Assembly: GCA_043798915.1 (NCBI GenBank)
Contig: JAZDOG010000102.1
Location: forward strand, 23,226-87,225
Reading direction: 5' to 3'
DNA: 64,000 nt
Source: Pseudomonadota bacterium
Lineage (GTDB): Bacteria > UBA10199 > 2-02-FULL-44-16 > JAAZCA01
The notes under the pieces are model-generated. The model worked only from the letters and a program-made list of their open reading frames with translations, was not told the DNA's origin and did no database searches. Positions within the stretch are counted from its first letter, which is position 1. Each line of letters begins with the position of its first letter. A program made the position numbers and the translations under genes. Below, piece by piece: positions 38,564 through 47,167 of this stretch.

Positions 38564-38875
38564 GCCTCCTATTTGTCGTAAGACTTTCTCTTTTGCATCT
38601 GTACCAATTCAATGCCTTCAAGTCGAGGGTTCTTATCAGCTGGCGGCCGTTCATCTTGCCGGTTAGGGACCCATTTACACCACCACAGAGAGTTTGAATC
38701 CTTTTAATTTGAGCCTTCGATCATTTCATGGGTATATAAACAGGGGATTTAAGCGGGACGCCGCTTTAAAGATTCCACAAGCTGGGATCCCCCGTCCAGA
38801 TTGAACAGGAACAGGGGTTGTGCCAGTTAGCCGATGAGGTGCCTAATTGCACACGAAGGTTGCTCGCTATATGGA

Positions 38876-39122
38876 GTGGTGAAAGAGGGGATGACCTCAT
38901 CAGGCACCTCGCGGAACGAACCGATTTGGTCGGCGAAATGCCGCCGGTCGTGTTCCTTATGCTGTTCACGACGCCGAAGGCTGTTTGATCCGAGCGCTCA
39001 ACAATCTGACGTTGATTCTGTTGAGCGCTCGGGAGTTGCCTGAGGCGAGGCGGCATGAGACCGTTACCAAATCGTGCGAGTGTAGCGCTGGTGCCTGGTG
39101 AGGTCATCCCATCTTTCGCCAC
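38876..39122 (+). ncRNA. Candidate structured non-coding element (long branched hairpin), family unknown
   Basis: 33-bp closing stem (30 Watson-Crick, 2 G-U, 1 mismatch) plus nested 9-, 8-, 6- and 14-bp helices. Confidence 0.5.
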
Positions 39123-39137
39123 AACCAATGATTTCAC

Positions 39138-39176
39138 GGGATCGCCACGTCGGCCTTCGGCCTCCTCGCGATGACA
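39138..39176. repeat. Right half of a REP-like family B element
   Basis: GGGATCGCCACGTCG..CTCCTCGCGATGACA, as at 13761-13808. Confidence 0.75.
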
Positions 39177-39187
39177 GCGAGGACTGA

Positions 39188-40354
39188 TTATTTATACAGG
39201 AGATGCACCTTGCGTTCGGACAGAAGATTTGCGGGTGTCTTACACATCGACTTCAAATCGTCCAAAGAAAGCGCGTCGATTCCCTCGCGGAATTTGGATG
39301 AACCGGTGAGGAGGTCGATCGCCGGGCGGTTCGTGACGAATTCGTATGGCTCATGGCGCCACTCGAAGCCGCGCCCTTTGTAGAGCTTGTTCACAAGCCA
39401 GAGGAACGCGAGCCCCGTGAGATATGGCTCAAATGCGCCGACGTCGCTTATTATCCATCGGACTCCGTTGCAGATGAGGCTCTTCCATTTCTGCCGCGTC
39501 GGGATGAAGGATGAAGGGGCGACTCGCACGCCGGGGAGTTTCAGCGCCCCAAATGCCTCGATGATCTCCTCCGAATCGATATAGGGTGCGCCCACTATCT
39601 CAAACGGGGTGTCGGTCCCGCGCCCCTCGGAGATGTTGGTCCCCTCGATGAGGCACATCCCGGGATAGAGGAGCGCTGCGGTGTATGAGCACATGTTGGG
39701 CGAGGGGTTGGTCCATGGGATGCCGGTGTCGGTCCAGCTCATGTCTCGCCGCCAGCCCTCCATCGGGACGACCGTGAGATTTGCGCCGATCCCGGCCCGA
39801 TTGTTCATTAACTGAACGATCTCGCCGATCGTCATCCCGTGCCTGACCGGCAGCGAATGGAGGCCGACGAATGACTCGAAGTCCTCCTCGATCCCGCCCC
39901 CCTCGACCCGCGTGCCGCCGATTGGGTTCGGCCTGTCGCAGACGACGACCTGCTTCCCCGCCTCCGCGCAGGCCTCGGCGCAGAGGCTCGCGGTCCAGAC
40001 GTAGGTGTAGTAACGGCTGCCGACGTCCTGGAGGTCGACCACGAGGACATCTATGCCCTCTAGCATCGCCGCCGTGGGTTTGAGCGAATCGAGCGTTGCG
40101 CCGTAGAGGCTGTGTATCTGGATGCCGCTCGACGGATCGACGGCGGAGGAGACCGCCTCCATGTCCTGTGCCATCGTGAGCAGCCCGTGCTCCGGACCAA
40201 AGAGGGCGGCCATTTTCCCGCCGCCTCTCGCAATCCGGTCCACTGCATGCAGTCCCTCCGCGTTCAGGCTTGCTGCATGCGCAAGGACGCCGATCCTCCG
40301 GCCCTTGAGGAACTCCAACCGCGAATCCATGAGGACATCTATTCCGAGACGCAT
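39188..40354 (-). CDS. namZ: Exo-beta-N-acetylmuramidase NamZ (DUF1343)
   Basis: LFGPEHG, DLQDVGSRYYTY, DRPNPIGG, RHGMTIGE, PSPNM, SEGRGT. Confidence 0.9.
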   Translation of the reverse strand: MRLGIDVLMDSRLEFLKGRRIGVLAHAASLNAEGLHAVDRIARGGGKMAALFGPEHGLLTMAQDMEAVSSAVDPSSGIQIHSLYGATLDSLKPTAAMLEGIDVLVVDLQDVGSRYYTYVWTASLCAEACAEAGKQVVVCDRPNPIGGTRVEGGGIEEDFESFVGLHSLPVRHGMTIGEIVQLMNNRAGIGANLTVVPMEGWRRDMSWTDTGIPWTNPSPNMCSYTAALLYPGMCLIEGTNISEGRGTDTPFEIVGAPYIDSEEIIEAFGALKLPGVRVAPSSFIPTRQKWKSLICNGVRWIISDVGAFEPYLTGLAFLWLVNKLYKGRGFEWRHEPYEFVTNRPAIDLLTGSSKFREGIDALSLDDLKSMCKTPANLLSERKVHLLYK

Positions 40355-40468
40355 ATGAAGTTTCTATCAGAATTTTTTCTGAAAGTCAGGCACAGAGTCG
40401 GGTGATTGACGTCTGAGGCGGTTCACGATAGAGCACGAAGCCTGTTCGCCAATCAAGGAGGGAGATCC

Positions 40469-41731
40469 ATGAAGCTCAATCAGGACCGGCTCGTCGACAG
40501 ATTCGTGAAGTACGCCCGGATCGACACCCAATCGGACCCGGAATCCAAAGCCACCCCCAGCACGCCGGGGCAGCTCGTGCTCGCGACGATCGTCGCCGAG
40601 GACATGCGCCAGGCTGGGATCGCCGACGTCCAGATGATGGCGGAGGGCTTCGTCTTCGGGACCATCCCCGAGAATCTCCCCGAGAACCATCCGGCGAAGG
40701 GCAAGGCCCCGACGCTCGGTTTTCTGGCGCACTTCGACACGGCGGGCGAAGCGCCGGGGGCGAACGTCGAACCACAATTCATCAAAAACTATCAGGGAGG
40801 AGCGGTTCGTTTCCCCAAGAATCCGGAGATCACGCTCACGCCGGACACCACCCCGCACCTCAAGCGCTGCATCGGCCACACTCTCATCACGAGCGACGGG
40901 ACGACGCTCCTGGGCGGAGGTGACAAGGCGGGCATCGCGCTGCTCGTGGAGCTCGCGCACGCCTGTCGGGAAAATCCGGAGATCCTGCACGGAAAAATCC
41001 GCCTCGCGATCATCCCGGACGAAGAGATCGGCGTCGGAACGGAAAAGCTCGACCTTAAGACATTCAGCGCCGACGTCGCCTACACGTTCGACGGCGGCGA
41101 GATGGGCGAGATCGACATCGAGAGCTTCAACGGCTTCATGGGCAAGGTCGAGGTGGAGGGCTACGCCGCATTCCCGGGCTACGGCAAGGGGGTCTACCTC
41201 AACGCGATCCAGGTCCTCTCGAAGTTCATCGCGGCGATGGAAGATCGACGATGGCCGCAAAACTCCGACGGCCGCGACCCGATCTGGTGGATCCAGAGCA
41301 TGGAGGGCAAGGTCGCCAGGGCCTCCGCGGCGGTCTACCTGCGCGACTTCGACCTGCAGGGCATCGAGAAACAGAAGCAGATCCTCGCCGGAGTTCGGCA
41401 GCAGATCCTCAAGGAGTTCCCCAAGGCGAAGATCGCGATCGACATCGACGAGAGCTATCGCAATTACAAATTCCTGCTGGAGAAGGACCCCCGGATCGTC
41501 GCGTACGCCGAAGAGGCGATGCGCCGCATCGGCATCGAACCCAGGAAAAACTACGTGCGCGGAGGCAACGACGCCTGCCACCTCTGCGTCAACGGGCTCC
41601 TCTCGACCAATCTCTTCGTCGGCATGCAGAACATGCACAGCCTCGCCGAATGGAACACGGTCGAGTCGATCGAGGGGGCGCTCAAGACCGCGATCTCCCT
41701 CTGCGGCGTCTGGCTCGACCATTCAGTTTAA
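40469..41731 (+). CDS. pepT: Peptidase T-like M20 tripeptidase
   Basis: IDTQSD..PSTPGQ, AHFDT, TLLGGGDKAG, PDEEIG, AYTFDGG, RGG.D, NMHS.E. Confidence 0.85.
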   Translation: MKLNQDRLVDRFVKYARIDTQSDPESKATPSTPGQLVLATIVAEDMRQAGIADVQMMAEGFVFGTIPENLPENHPAKGKAPTLGFLAHFDTAGEAPGANVEPQFIKNYQGGAVRFPKNPEITLTPDTTPHLKRCIGHTLITSDGTTLLGGGDKAGIALLVELAHACRENPEILHGKIRLAIIPDEEIGVGTEKLDLKTFSADVAYTFDGGEMGEIDIESFNGFMGKVEVEGYAAFPGYGKGVYLNAIQVLSKFIAAMEDRRWPQNSDGRDPIWWIQSMEGKVARASAAVYLRDFDLQGIEKQKQILAGVRQQILKEFPKAKIAIDIDESYRNYKFLLEKDPRIVAYAEEAMRRIGIEPRKNYVRGGNDACHLCVNGLLSTNLFVGMQNMHSLAEWNTVESIEGALKTAISLCGVWLDHSV

Positions 41732-41744
41732 AAGGAGAAATACT

Positions 41745-42134
41745 ATGTCACTCAAAATAGTGAATACGGAGAAAGCACCGAAGGCGGTGGGGCCTTACAG
41801 CCAGGCGATCCGCGCCGGGGAGTTCCTCTTCTGCTCCGGCCAGATCCCGATCGATCCGGCCACCGGCAGGCTCGAGCTCTTCGACGGCAACGTCGCCGAG
41901 CAGACGAAGATCGTGATGACGAATCTCAAAGCGGTGCTCGCGGCAGAGGGTCTGTCGTTCAAGGACGTGGTGAAGACCACGATATATCTCTCGGACATGG
42001 AGAACTTCGCCCAGGTCAACGAGATGTACGCCTCGTTCCTCGGCGACCATAGGCCGGCGCGGGCGACCGTCGAGGTCGCCCGCCTCCCCAAGGATGTCGG
42101 CGTGGAGATCGACGCCATAGCCTGGGCAGGATAA
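41745..42134 (+). CDS. ridA: RidA-family enamine deaminase
   Basis: [39 protein letters not shown]. Confidence 0.95.
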   Translation: MSLKIVNTEKAPKAVGPYSQAIRAGEFLFCSGQIPIDPATGRLELFDGNVAEQTKIVMTNLKAVLAAEGLSFKDVVKTTIYLSDMENFAQVNEMYASFLGDHRPARATVEVARLPKDVGVEIDAIAWAG

Positions 42135-42235
42135 TGCCAATGGCATTGCAAAATAATGATAAAAATCAATATATTGAAAAGAAAAAACTCCAATAGTCAT
42201 CATATCTCTTGATAACTACATAAAATGTGTATACG

Positions 42236-42257
42236 CTTATTATGTATACATAATAAG
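42236..42257. promoter_or_regulatory. 22-bp perfect palindrome upstream of the AAA ATPase (putative operator)
   Basis: CTTATTATGTA|TACATAATAAG; GTATAC occurs three times (42229, 42244, 42257). Confidence 0.6.
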
Positions 42258-42273
42258 TATACGTGGAGTGCTT

Positions 42274-43404
42274 ATGAAAAATCCTTTTCGCTACGGCGTA
42301 CCCGTAAGTGGCGATTATTATTTTCCGCGCCCTGATTTTTCGAAAAAACTTTCTCCCTATACCCTGTCGGGTCAGAAAATCCTTCTATATGGCCGCAGGA
42401 GGTTTGGAAAAACTTCGTTTCTGAAGGAGTACTCCGACACCCTCAAAGAGAAAGGCAGCGCGTCCGTATTCGTCGACGTCTATCCCATCACATCGTTGCG
42501 CGATTTCCTGCATGCCCTGTCTGCCGGCATAAAGGAGAGCGGGCTTCTTTCGACGACGGATCGAATGAAAGGGATCGTATTCGATCTCTTCCGAACCCGG
42601 CCACGACTCGCTGTGGAGGGAGACTCCACTTCGCTCGATTTTTTCATTCCGTCGCTTAAAGACGACGATGTCAAATCCGCCATCGAAGATACGATCCGGC
42701 TCTTTGGAAAAATCGCCGAAGCGCAGCCGATCGTCGTCGTCTTCGATGAGTTCCAGAAGATTGCTGAAATAGATGACGCGGGATGGCTCGAGGGAACGCT
42801 CCGGAGCGAAATACAAAAACAGGAGGCCGTGCCTTACATATTCTGCGGCTCGCGGCGAGGCCTCATACTCGATATGTTTCAAAACTCTTCGAGACCGTTC
42901 TATCAGATGTGCACGGCCATAGAACTCCCCCGCCTGCAGGATGATTTTGCGAAGTGGCTGCGCACAAAACTGCTCGGCGCAAAAGTCGCCATCGATTCTG
43001 AAACATCACTTGCCTTGCTGGACAAAATCAATTGGAGTCCTAACTACGCTCAGATGATCGCATTTCACCTTGTAGCGGATCCTCCCGAAGGAAATGTCAG
43101 CGTCGATGATATTGAACGCGTCCTGGATGCGCTCTGCCAGCTGAACGGCTACACGTATATGACGCTCTACGATTCGCTCGGCGCAAATGCGCAGCGGCTC
43201 CTGCGCCTTGTCGCAAAAAATCCAGGCCAGAGCCCCTTCCGCCAGGAACTGATGGCAACATTCGATTTGAGAACGTCGGGCGTTCAGTCCGCCATTCGCA
43301 GCCTGATCAACAGACACATCCTGGATGACACGACGTCGGGCGGGAACGTTTATTTTGACGATCCGCTTTTTTCCAGATGGCTCAAGACCAGGTTGGGGTA
43401 CTGA
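42274..43404 (+). CDS. Standalone AAA/STAND-like ATPase (archaeal-ATPase type) with C-terminal wHTH
   Basis: [35 protein letters not shown]. Confidence 0.85.
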   Translation: MKNPFRYGVPVSGDYYFPRPDFSKKLSPYTLSGQKILLYGRRRFGKTSFLKEYSDTLKEKGSASVFVDVYPITSLRDFLHALSAGIKESGLLSTTDRMKGIVFDLFRTRPRLAVEGDSTSLDFFIPSLKDDDVKSAIEDTIRLFGKIAEAQPIVVVFDEFQKIAEIDDAGWLEGTLRSEIQKQEAVPYIFCGSRRGLILDMFQNSSRPFYQMCTAIELPRLQDDFAKWLRTKLLGAKVAIDSETSLALLDKINWSPNYAQMIAFHLVADPPEGNVSVDDIERVLDALCQLNGYTYMTLYDSLGANAQRLLRLVAKNPGQSPFRQELMATFDLRTSGVQSAIRSLINRHILDDTTSGGNVYFDDPLFSRWLKTRLGY

Positions 43405-43421
43405 AGCGACCAAAGCGCACA

Positions 43422-43519
43422 TCCTGGGCGACCACAGGCCGGCGCGGGCGACCGTCGAGGTGGCCCGCCTCCCCAAGGATGTCGCAGTGGAGATCGATGC
43501 CATAGCCTGGGCTAAATGA
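43422..43519 (+). pseudogene. Duplicated 3' end of ridA (direct repeat of 42037-42127)
   Basis: 85/91 nt identity over 43422-43512; encodes [31 protein letters not shown]. Confidence 0.9.
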
Positions 43520-43535
43520 CGCCGAAATTTGCGCG

Positions 43536-45290
43536 TCATCTATTCCTGGTCGCCAAGGTCAGATACGCTCCTCCGTTCTCTATCAACAATCTTAGGTCGA
43601 TGAGATCCTGGAGCGCGCTGTCTCGGCAGGCGAGTTCGTTCCGTTTTTTCGGCGTCAGACATGCAACGAGAATGTCGCTGTGGGGGGGGGTCAATGTATA
43701 GTCAAACCACTTTCTACTGGTTGTTCTTCGATCTTTCACCCGACAATAATCCTTTCCACCAACATACAATTCAAGCGCGCCTCCATCTTCGCCATTCACA
43801 ATTGACGCTGGGAGAACGCACTTCGCAGTAGGGCGCGGAGCATAATCCCAATAAAGCGTCGGCTTGAATCTGTAGCGCTTCGGCAAAATCATTTTGTAAA
43901 AGTTCGCCGGAGACATCGCCACGATTCCACCCTCCGCAGGATAGCCGAAATATCTGCTTCCGTATTTCAGATTGAACGGCATCTGCGAGACAACTCCGTT
44001 GATGAGGTGGGAAATGGCGCTCAGCGTTGTCCGGTTTAGTGCATAATCGTCTCGGGCTCCTCCGGGGTAAGGAGATATAATCGTAAAATCTGCAGTTATG
44101 CCAAGACTCTTGGCAGTCTGCAGCATCACAATATTTTCCAGCGCCGTTACTCCCTTTTTCATCTTTTCAAGGAGTTCATCGCTGAACGATTCTATTCCGA
44201 CAAAACAGCGCCGCAGCCCGGCTTTCGAGAGAAGCTCGAAATGCCTGGCGGAAATGCTGGCCCTCAACGCCATGCCAAAATTATAATCATAAGGCGAATC
44301 GATAAGGGCTTTGGCGAGCGACTCCAATTTATTGGGCTGCACCGAGTCGGCAAAGTAAAAATTCAAGCACCTGTGCCGCTTTGCCAGATGTTCCATGCCC
44401 GCCACGACGCGATCATCCGACATCCGTTCATATGAGCGATGCCCATAACAAACATAATTGCAGAAAGTACATTTTCTCCACCAACAGCCCCTGCTCGCTT
44501 CAACTGGAATTTCGGAAGAAATTTCAACCTGTGATTTTATCCTTCGAAGCGACGGGGAATTAAAATAATCGTCATAGTCCGGGAAAGGAAGGCTCTCAAG
44601 GTCTATTGGTTTTCTCAAAGCTTTATTGATTGTAACCGCTTTTCCAACTCTGCGGCACGTCCCTGCCGGCGCTTCATGCGTTCCCCTCTCTACGATCCTC
44701 ACAATCTCCGACAGCACTCCCTCGCCCTCTCCATCTACAACCCAATCGATAAAAGAAAACGCTTTTGCCAATGCGCGTCCGACCTCGCCTATGCACTCTG
44801 ACCCCCCAAAAATGACTTGAACGCTTGGATAAAGCTTCTTGACGATATATCCGCAGAACAATGCCGGCATCAGATTGTAATTGGCGCTCACCCCAACAAC
44901 AGCATAAGGAAATCTTTTTTCCCAGCGCCTGGCGAGGTGATTGTTGAAACACAGGACGCTTCTCCGGAGTTTGATGAATAATTTTCGCTGATTTTTTTTA
45001 GGATCGCGATAGACAGACCTCATCGTCTGCAGGTAACGTCTCTCTGATAAATGTTTGGGGAATACCGCTGACGAATAGAGTATATCGGGCAGCTTGCCCA
45101 GCGCCTTCCTTCCCATCCACTCCCGCAGCTCATTGTCAAGATACGCATGAAGATCGAGGTTCGTGTAATGACAATCGCATGACATCCCCTCTGCGCTCAG
45201 AGAGGCCTTCAAACGTCCGAGCGCACAGGATGGCTGATGTATTGGAGCTAGCGGTGGCTGGATAAGGAGAATTCGTCGTTCGTCTGTCAT
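43536..45290 (-). CDS. B12-binding radical SAM enzyme resembling the RiPP maturation radical SAM protein 1 (TIGR03975-like) family
   Basis: ILLIQPP..PSCALGRLKA..YTNL, IFGG..GEGE, LPFPDYDDYF, EASRGCWWRKCTFC, GIESFS..L..MKKG, C-terminal wHTH-like YLTLA. Confidence 0.8.
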   Translation of the reverse strand: MTDERRILLIQPPLAPIHQPSCALGRLKASLSAEGMSCDCHYTNLDLHAYLDNELREWMGRKALGKLPDILYSSAVFPKHLSERRYLQTMRSVYRDPKKNQRKLFIKLRRSVLCFNNHLARRWEKRFPYAVVGVSANYNLMPALFCGYIVKKLYPSVQVIFGGSECIGEVGRALAKAFSFIDWVVDGEGEGVLSEIVRIVERGTHEAPAGTCRRVGKAVTINKALRKPIDLESLPFPDYDDYFNSPSLRRIKSQVEISSEIPVEASRGCWWRKCTFCNYVCYGHRSYERMSDDRVVAGMEHLAKRHRCLNFYFADSVQPNKLESLAKALIDSPYDYNFGMALRASISARHFELLSKAGLRRCFVGIESFSDELLEKMKKGVTALENIVMLQTAKSLGITADFTIISPYPGGARDDYALNRTTLSAISHLINGVVSQMPFNLKYGSRYFGYPAEGGIVAMSPANFYKMILPKRYRFKPTLYWDYAPRPTAKCVLPASIVNGEDGGALELYVGGKDYCRVKDRRTTSRKWFDYTLTPPHSDILVACLTPKKRNELACRDSALQDLIDLRLLIENGGAYLTLATRNR

Positions 45291-45457
45291 AATGAACAAC
45301 GAGTGTCGTTGCCGGTCTCGTTCCTCGACGAACCCGCCGCATCAGATGAAGGCAACGCGCGCTCGCAGATCAGCAGTTAATAAACCAAGCCACACAGCGC
45401 CTGGCCTTATCGCACCAACACTTTTAAAACAAAATTCCACGATCCTACCAAGAATCG

Positions 45458-45616
45458 CTACTTTTTGGTGCTTTTCGGAACTCCCACATCATATCCCTTA
45501 TCATATCCTTTCCCCCATGGGGCGTTCTTTGAAGCAGCATTTGGATTCCCTGCCGTTTTCCCCGGCCTGGGCGGAACCACCACAACCTTCGGCTGCACCG
45601 TCTTAGTGACCGCCAT
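45458..45616 (-). CDS. 52-aa small protein, putative RiPP precursor: MAVTKTVQPKVVVVPPRPGKTAGNPNAASKNAPWGKGYDKGYDVGVPKSTKK
   Basis: Hand-translated ORF below the ORF-track cutoff; AGGAGGT RBS at 45627-45621; co-directional upstream of the rSAM gene. Confidence 0.7.
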   Translation of the reverse strand: MAVTKTVQPKVVVVPPRPGKTAGNPNAASKNAPWGKGYDKGYDVGVPKSTKK

Positions 45617-45656
45617 ATACACCTCCTCTTGTTTTTATTCCCAGATAACCATTTAT

Positions 45657-45685
45657 ATTTTACTATTGTTATTGGTTGAAATCAA
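45657..45685 (-). promoter_or_regulatory. Sigma70-like promoter for the peptide/rSAM unit
   Basis: - strand TTGATT-N17-TAAAAT. Confidence 0.55.
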
Positions 45686-45781
45686 TTAAATCAAAAACGT
45701 CGCGTTCGATACTATAATATATATAAACCCAAGACGTCGTTATTGCCTGTGTCTGGCGATTCGTGCTAATGGATACCGGTC

Positions 45782-47167
45782 ATGATACGCCGATGCTTTC
45801 TTGCCTTGCTCCTGTTCATGCTGCCATCCGCCTCGCTTGCGGATCCCCAGCATGTCACCATCCTGCACTTCAACGATATCCACGGCCACCTCGAACCCGT
45901 CGAGGCGAAGGGCGGCGAGAGATGCGGCGCCGCGCGCATAGCGACGATCGTCCATCGAATCGAAGATGAGAACGGCGCGAAGGGCGCCGAGACGATCCTC
46001 CTCTTCGGCGGGGATGCGCTCACTGGCACGCTCATCTCGCTCGAGTTCAAGGGCGATGCGGAGTTTGATTTCTTCAATGACATCGGCGTAGACGCAATGA
46101 CGATAGGCAACCACGACTTCGACGAGGGCCTGCCTCGCCTTGAGGCACTCATCCAGAAAGCGCAATTCCCGGTCCTCTCCGCCAACATCCGCTGGAAGAA
46201 GAGCGGCGAGCTTCTCACCAGACCCTGGACGGTGATCAGCGGCCGCGGCCCGGAGGTGGCGGTCGTGGGGCTCGCTACGATAGAAACGCGCACGACTACA
46301 GCTCCTCAAAACATAGCGGAGCTCGACGTAACCGGCCCGGCCAAAGAGGCGCAAGGGGAGATGAAGAAGCTCCCCAAAAACGTACCGCTGCGCATTGCGC
46401 TGGCGCACATGGGACAGAAGGAGGGCGCAGATGTCGCGCAGAAGGTTCGGGGGCTCTCCGCCGTGATCGGCGGCCACGATCACAGCGCCCGGCCGGAGGA
46501 GAACTGCCGGATGGTGAAAAAAGTCCCGGTCTGCCTCACGCCGCCCAACGGCTGTTACGTCGGGAGGTTGGATTTCGAAGTCGACGGAAATAAAGTCAGG
46601 TTTGAGGGCTCCAGGCTTTTGTCTGCGGGCGCATCCGTGCCCAAAGACAAGGCCGTCGCAAAACTGGTCGACGGTTACTCAAGAAGGTTGAGCGGCAAAT
46701 ACGACCGTGTGATTGGAAAGGCGACAAAGAATCTGAAGGTGTCGAAGGCCGAACAGACGCCGCTCGGCAGGCTCATCTGCGACGCCATCCGCTGGAAGAC
46801 GGGAGTGGAGATCGGCTTTATCAACAGCAGCGGCGTCCGAGCGCCATTGAAACGAGGGATAATCAAAGTGCGCGACGTCGTCGAGATGCTGCCTTTCAAA
46901 AACACCATCACGATCCTCCGGATGAAGGGGAGCGAGATCGCGGACGTCGGGGCGCAGGGAAGCAAGCGGGGCGCCGGTTTCATACAGATATCGGGCGCAG
47001 ACGATCTGGAGAAGGACAGGACATACAGTGTCGGCACGGTGGATTTTCTGGCCGACGGCGGCGACGGATTCGAGATGCTCAAGGGCATCGAGGATCGAAA
47101 ATCCTCGGACATCCTCCTCCGCGATGTTGTCATGGATTATATTAAGAAGCGAAGAACCATTCCTTAA
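45782..47167 (+). CDS. Secreted 5'-nucleotidase/metallophosphoesterase
   Basis: Signal peptide, HFNDIHG, GGD, GNHDFD, GGHDH, GVRA..LPF.N, GGDGF. Confidence 0.9.
   Translation: MIRRCFLALLLFMLPSASLADPQHVTILHFNDIHGHLEPVEAKGGERCGAARIATIVHRIEDENGAKGAETILLFGGDALTGTLISLEFKGDAEFDFFNDIGVDAMTIGNHDFDEGLPRLEALIQKAQFPVLSANIRWKKSGELLTRPWTVISGRGPEVAVVGLATIETRTTTAPQNIAELDVTGPAKEAQGEMKKLPKNVPLRIALAHMGQKEGADVAQKVRGLSAVIGGHDHSARPEENCRMVKKVPVCLTPPNGCYVGRLDFEVDGNKVRFEGSRLLSAGASVPKDKAVAKLVDGYSRRLSGKYDRVIGKATKNLKVSKAEQTPLGRLICDAIRWKTGVEIGFINSSGVRAPLKRGIIKVRDVVEMLPFKNTITILRMKGSEIADVGAQGSKRGAGFIQISGADDLEKDRTYSVGTVDFLADGGDGFEMLKGIEDRKSSDILLRDVVMDYIKKRRTIP

Noticed and set aside
38645..38675. Possible degenerate tRNA 3' end or att site (..TTAGGGACCCA)
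   Set aside because: No valid T-arm or acceptor stem, no partner repeat and no integrase.
38825..38848. GTTAGCC as an integron attC core
   Set aside because: No properly placed inverse core or L boxes, no cassette array and no integrase.
38766..39137. 123-aa (-) and 69-aa (+) ORFs sharing a GMTS.GTS peptide
   Set aside because: The similarity is a by-product of the 33-bp inverted repeat; no RBS or recognisable protein features.
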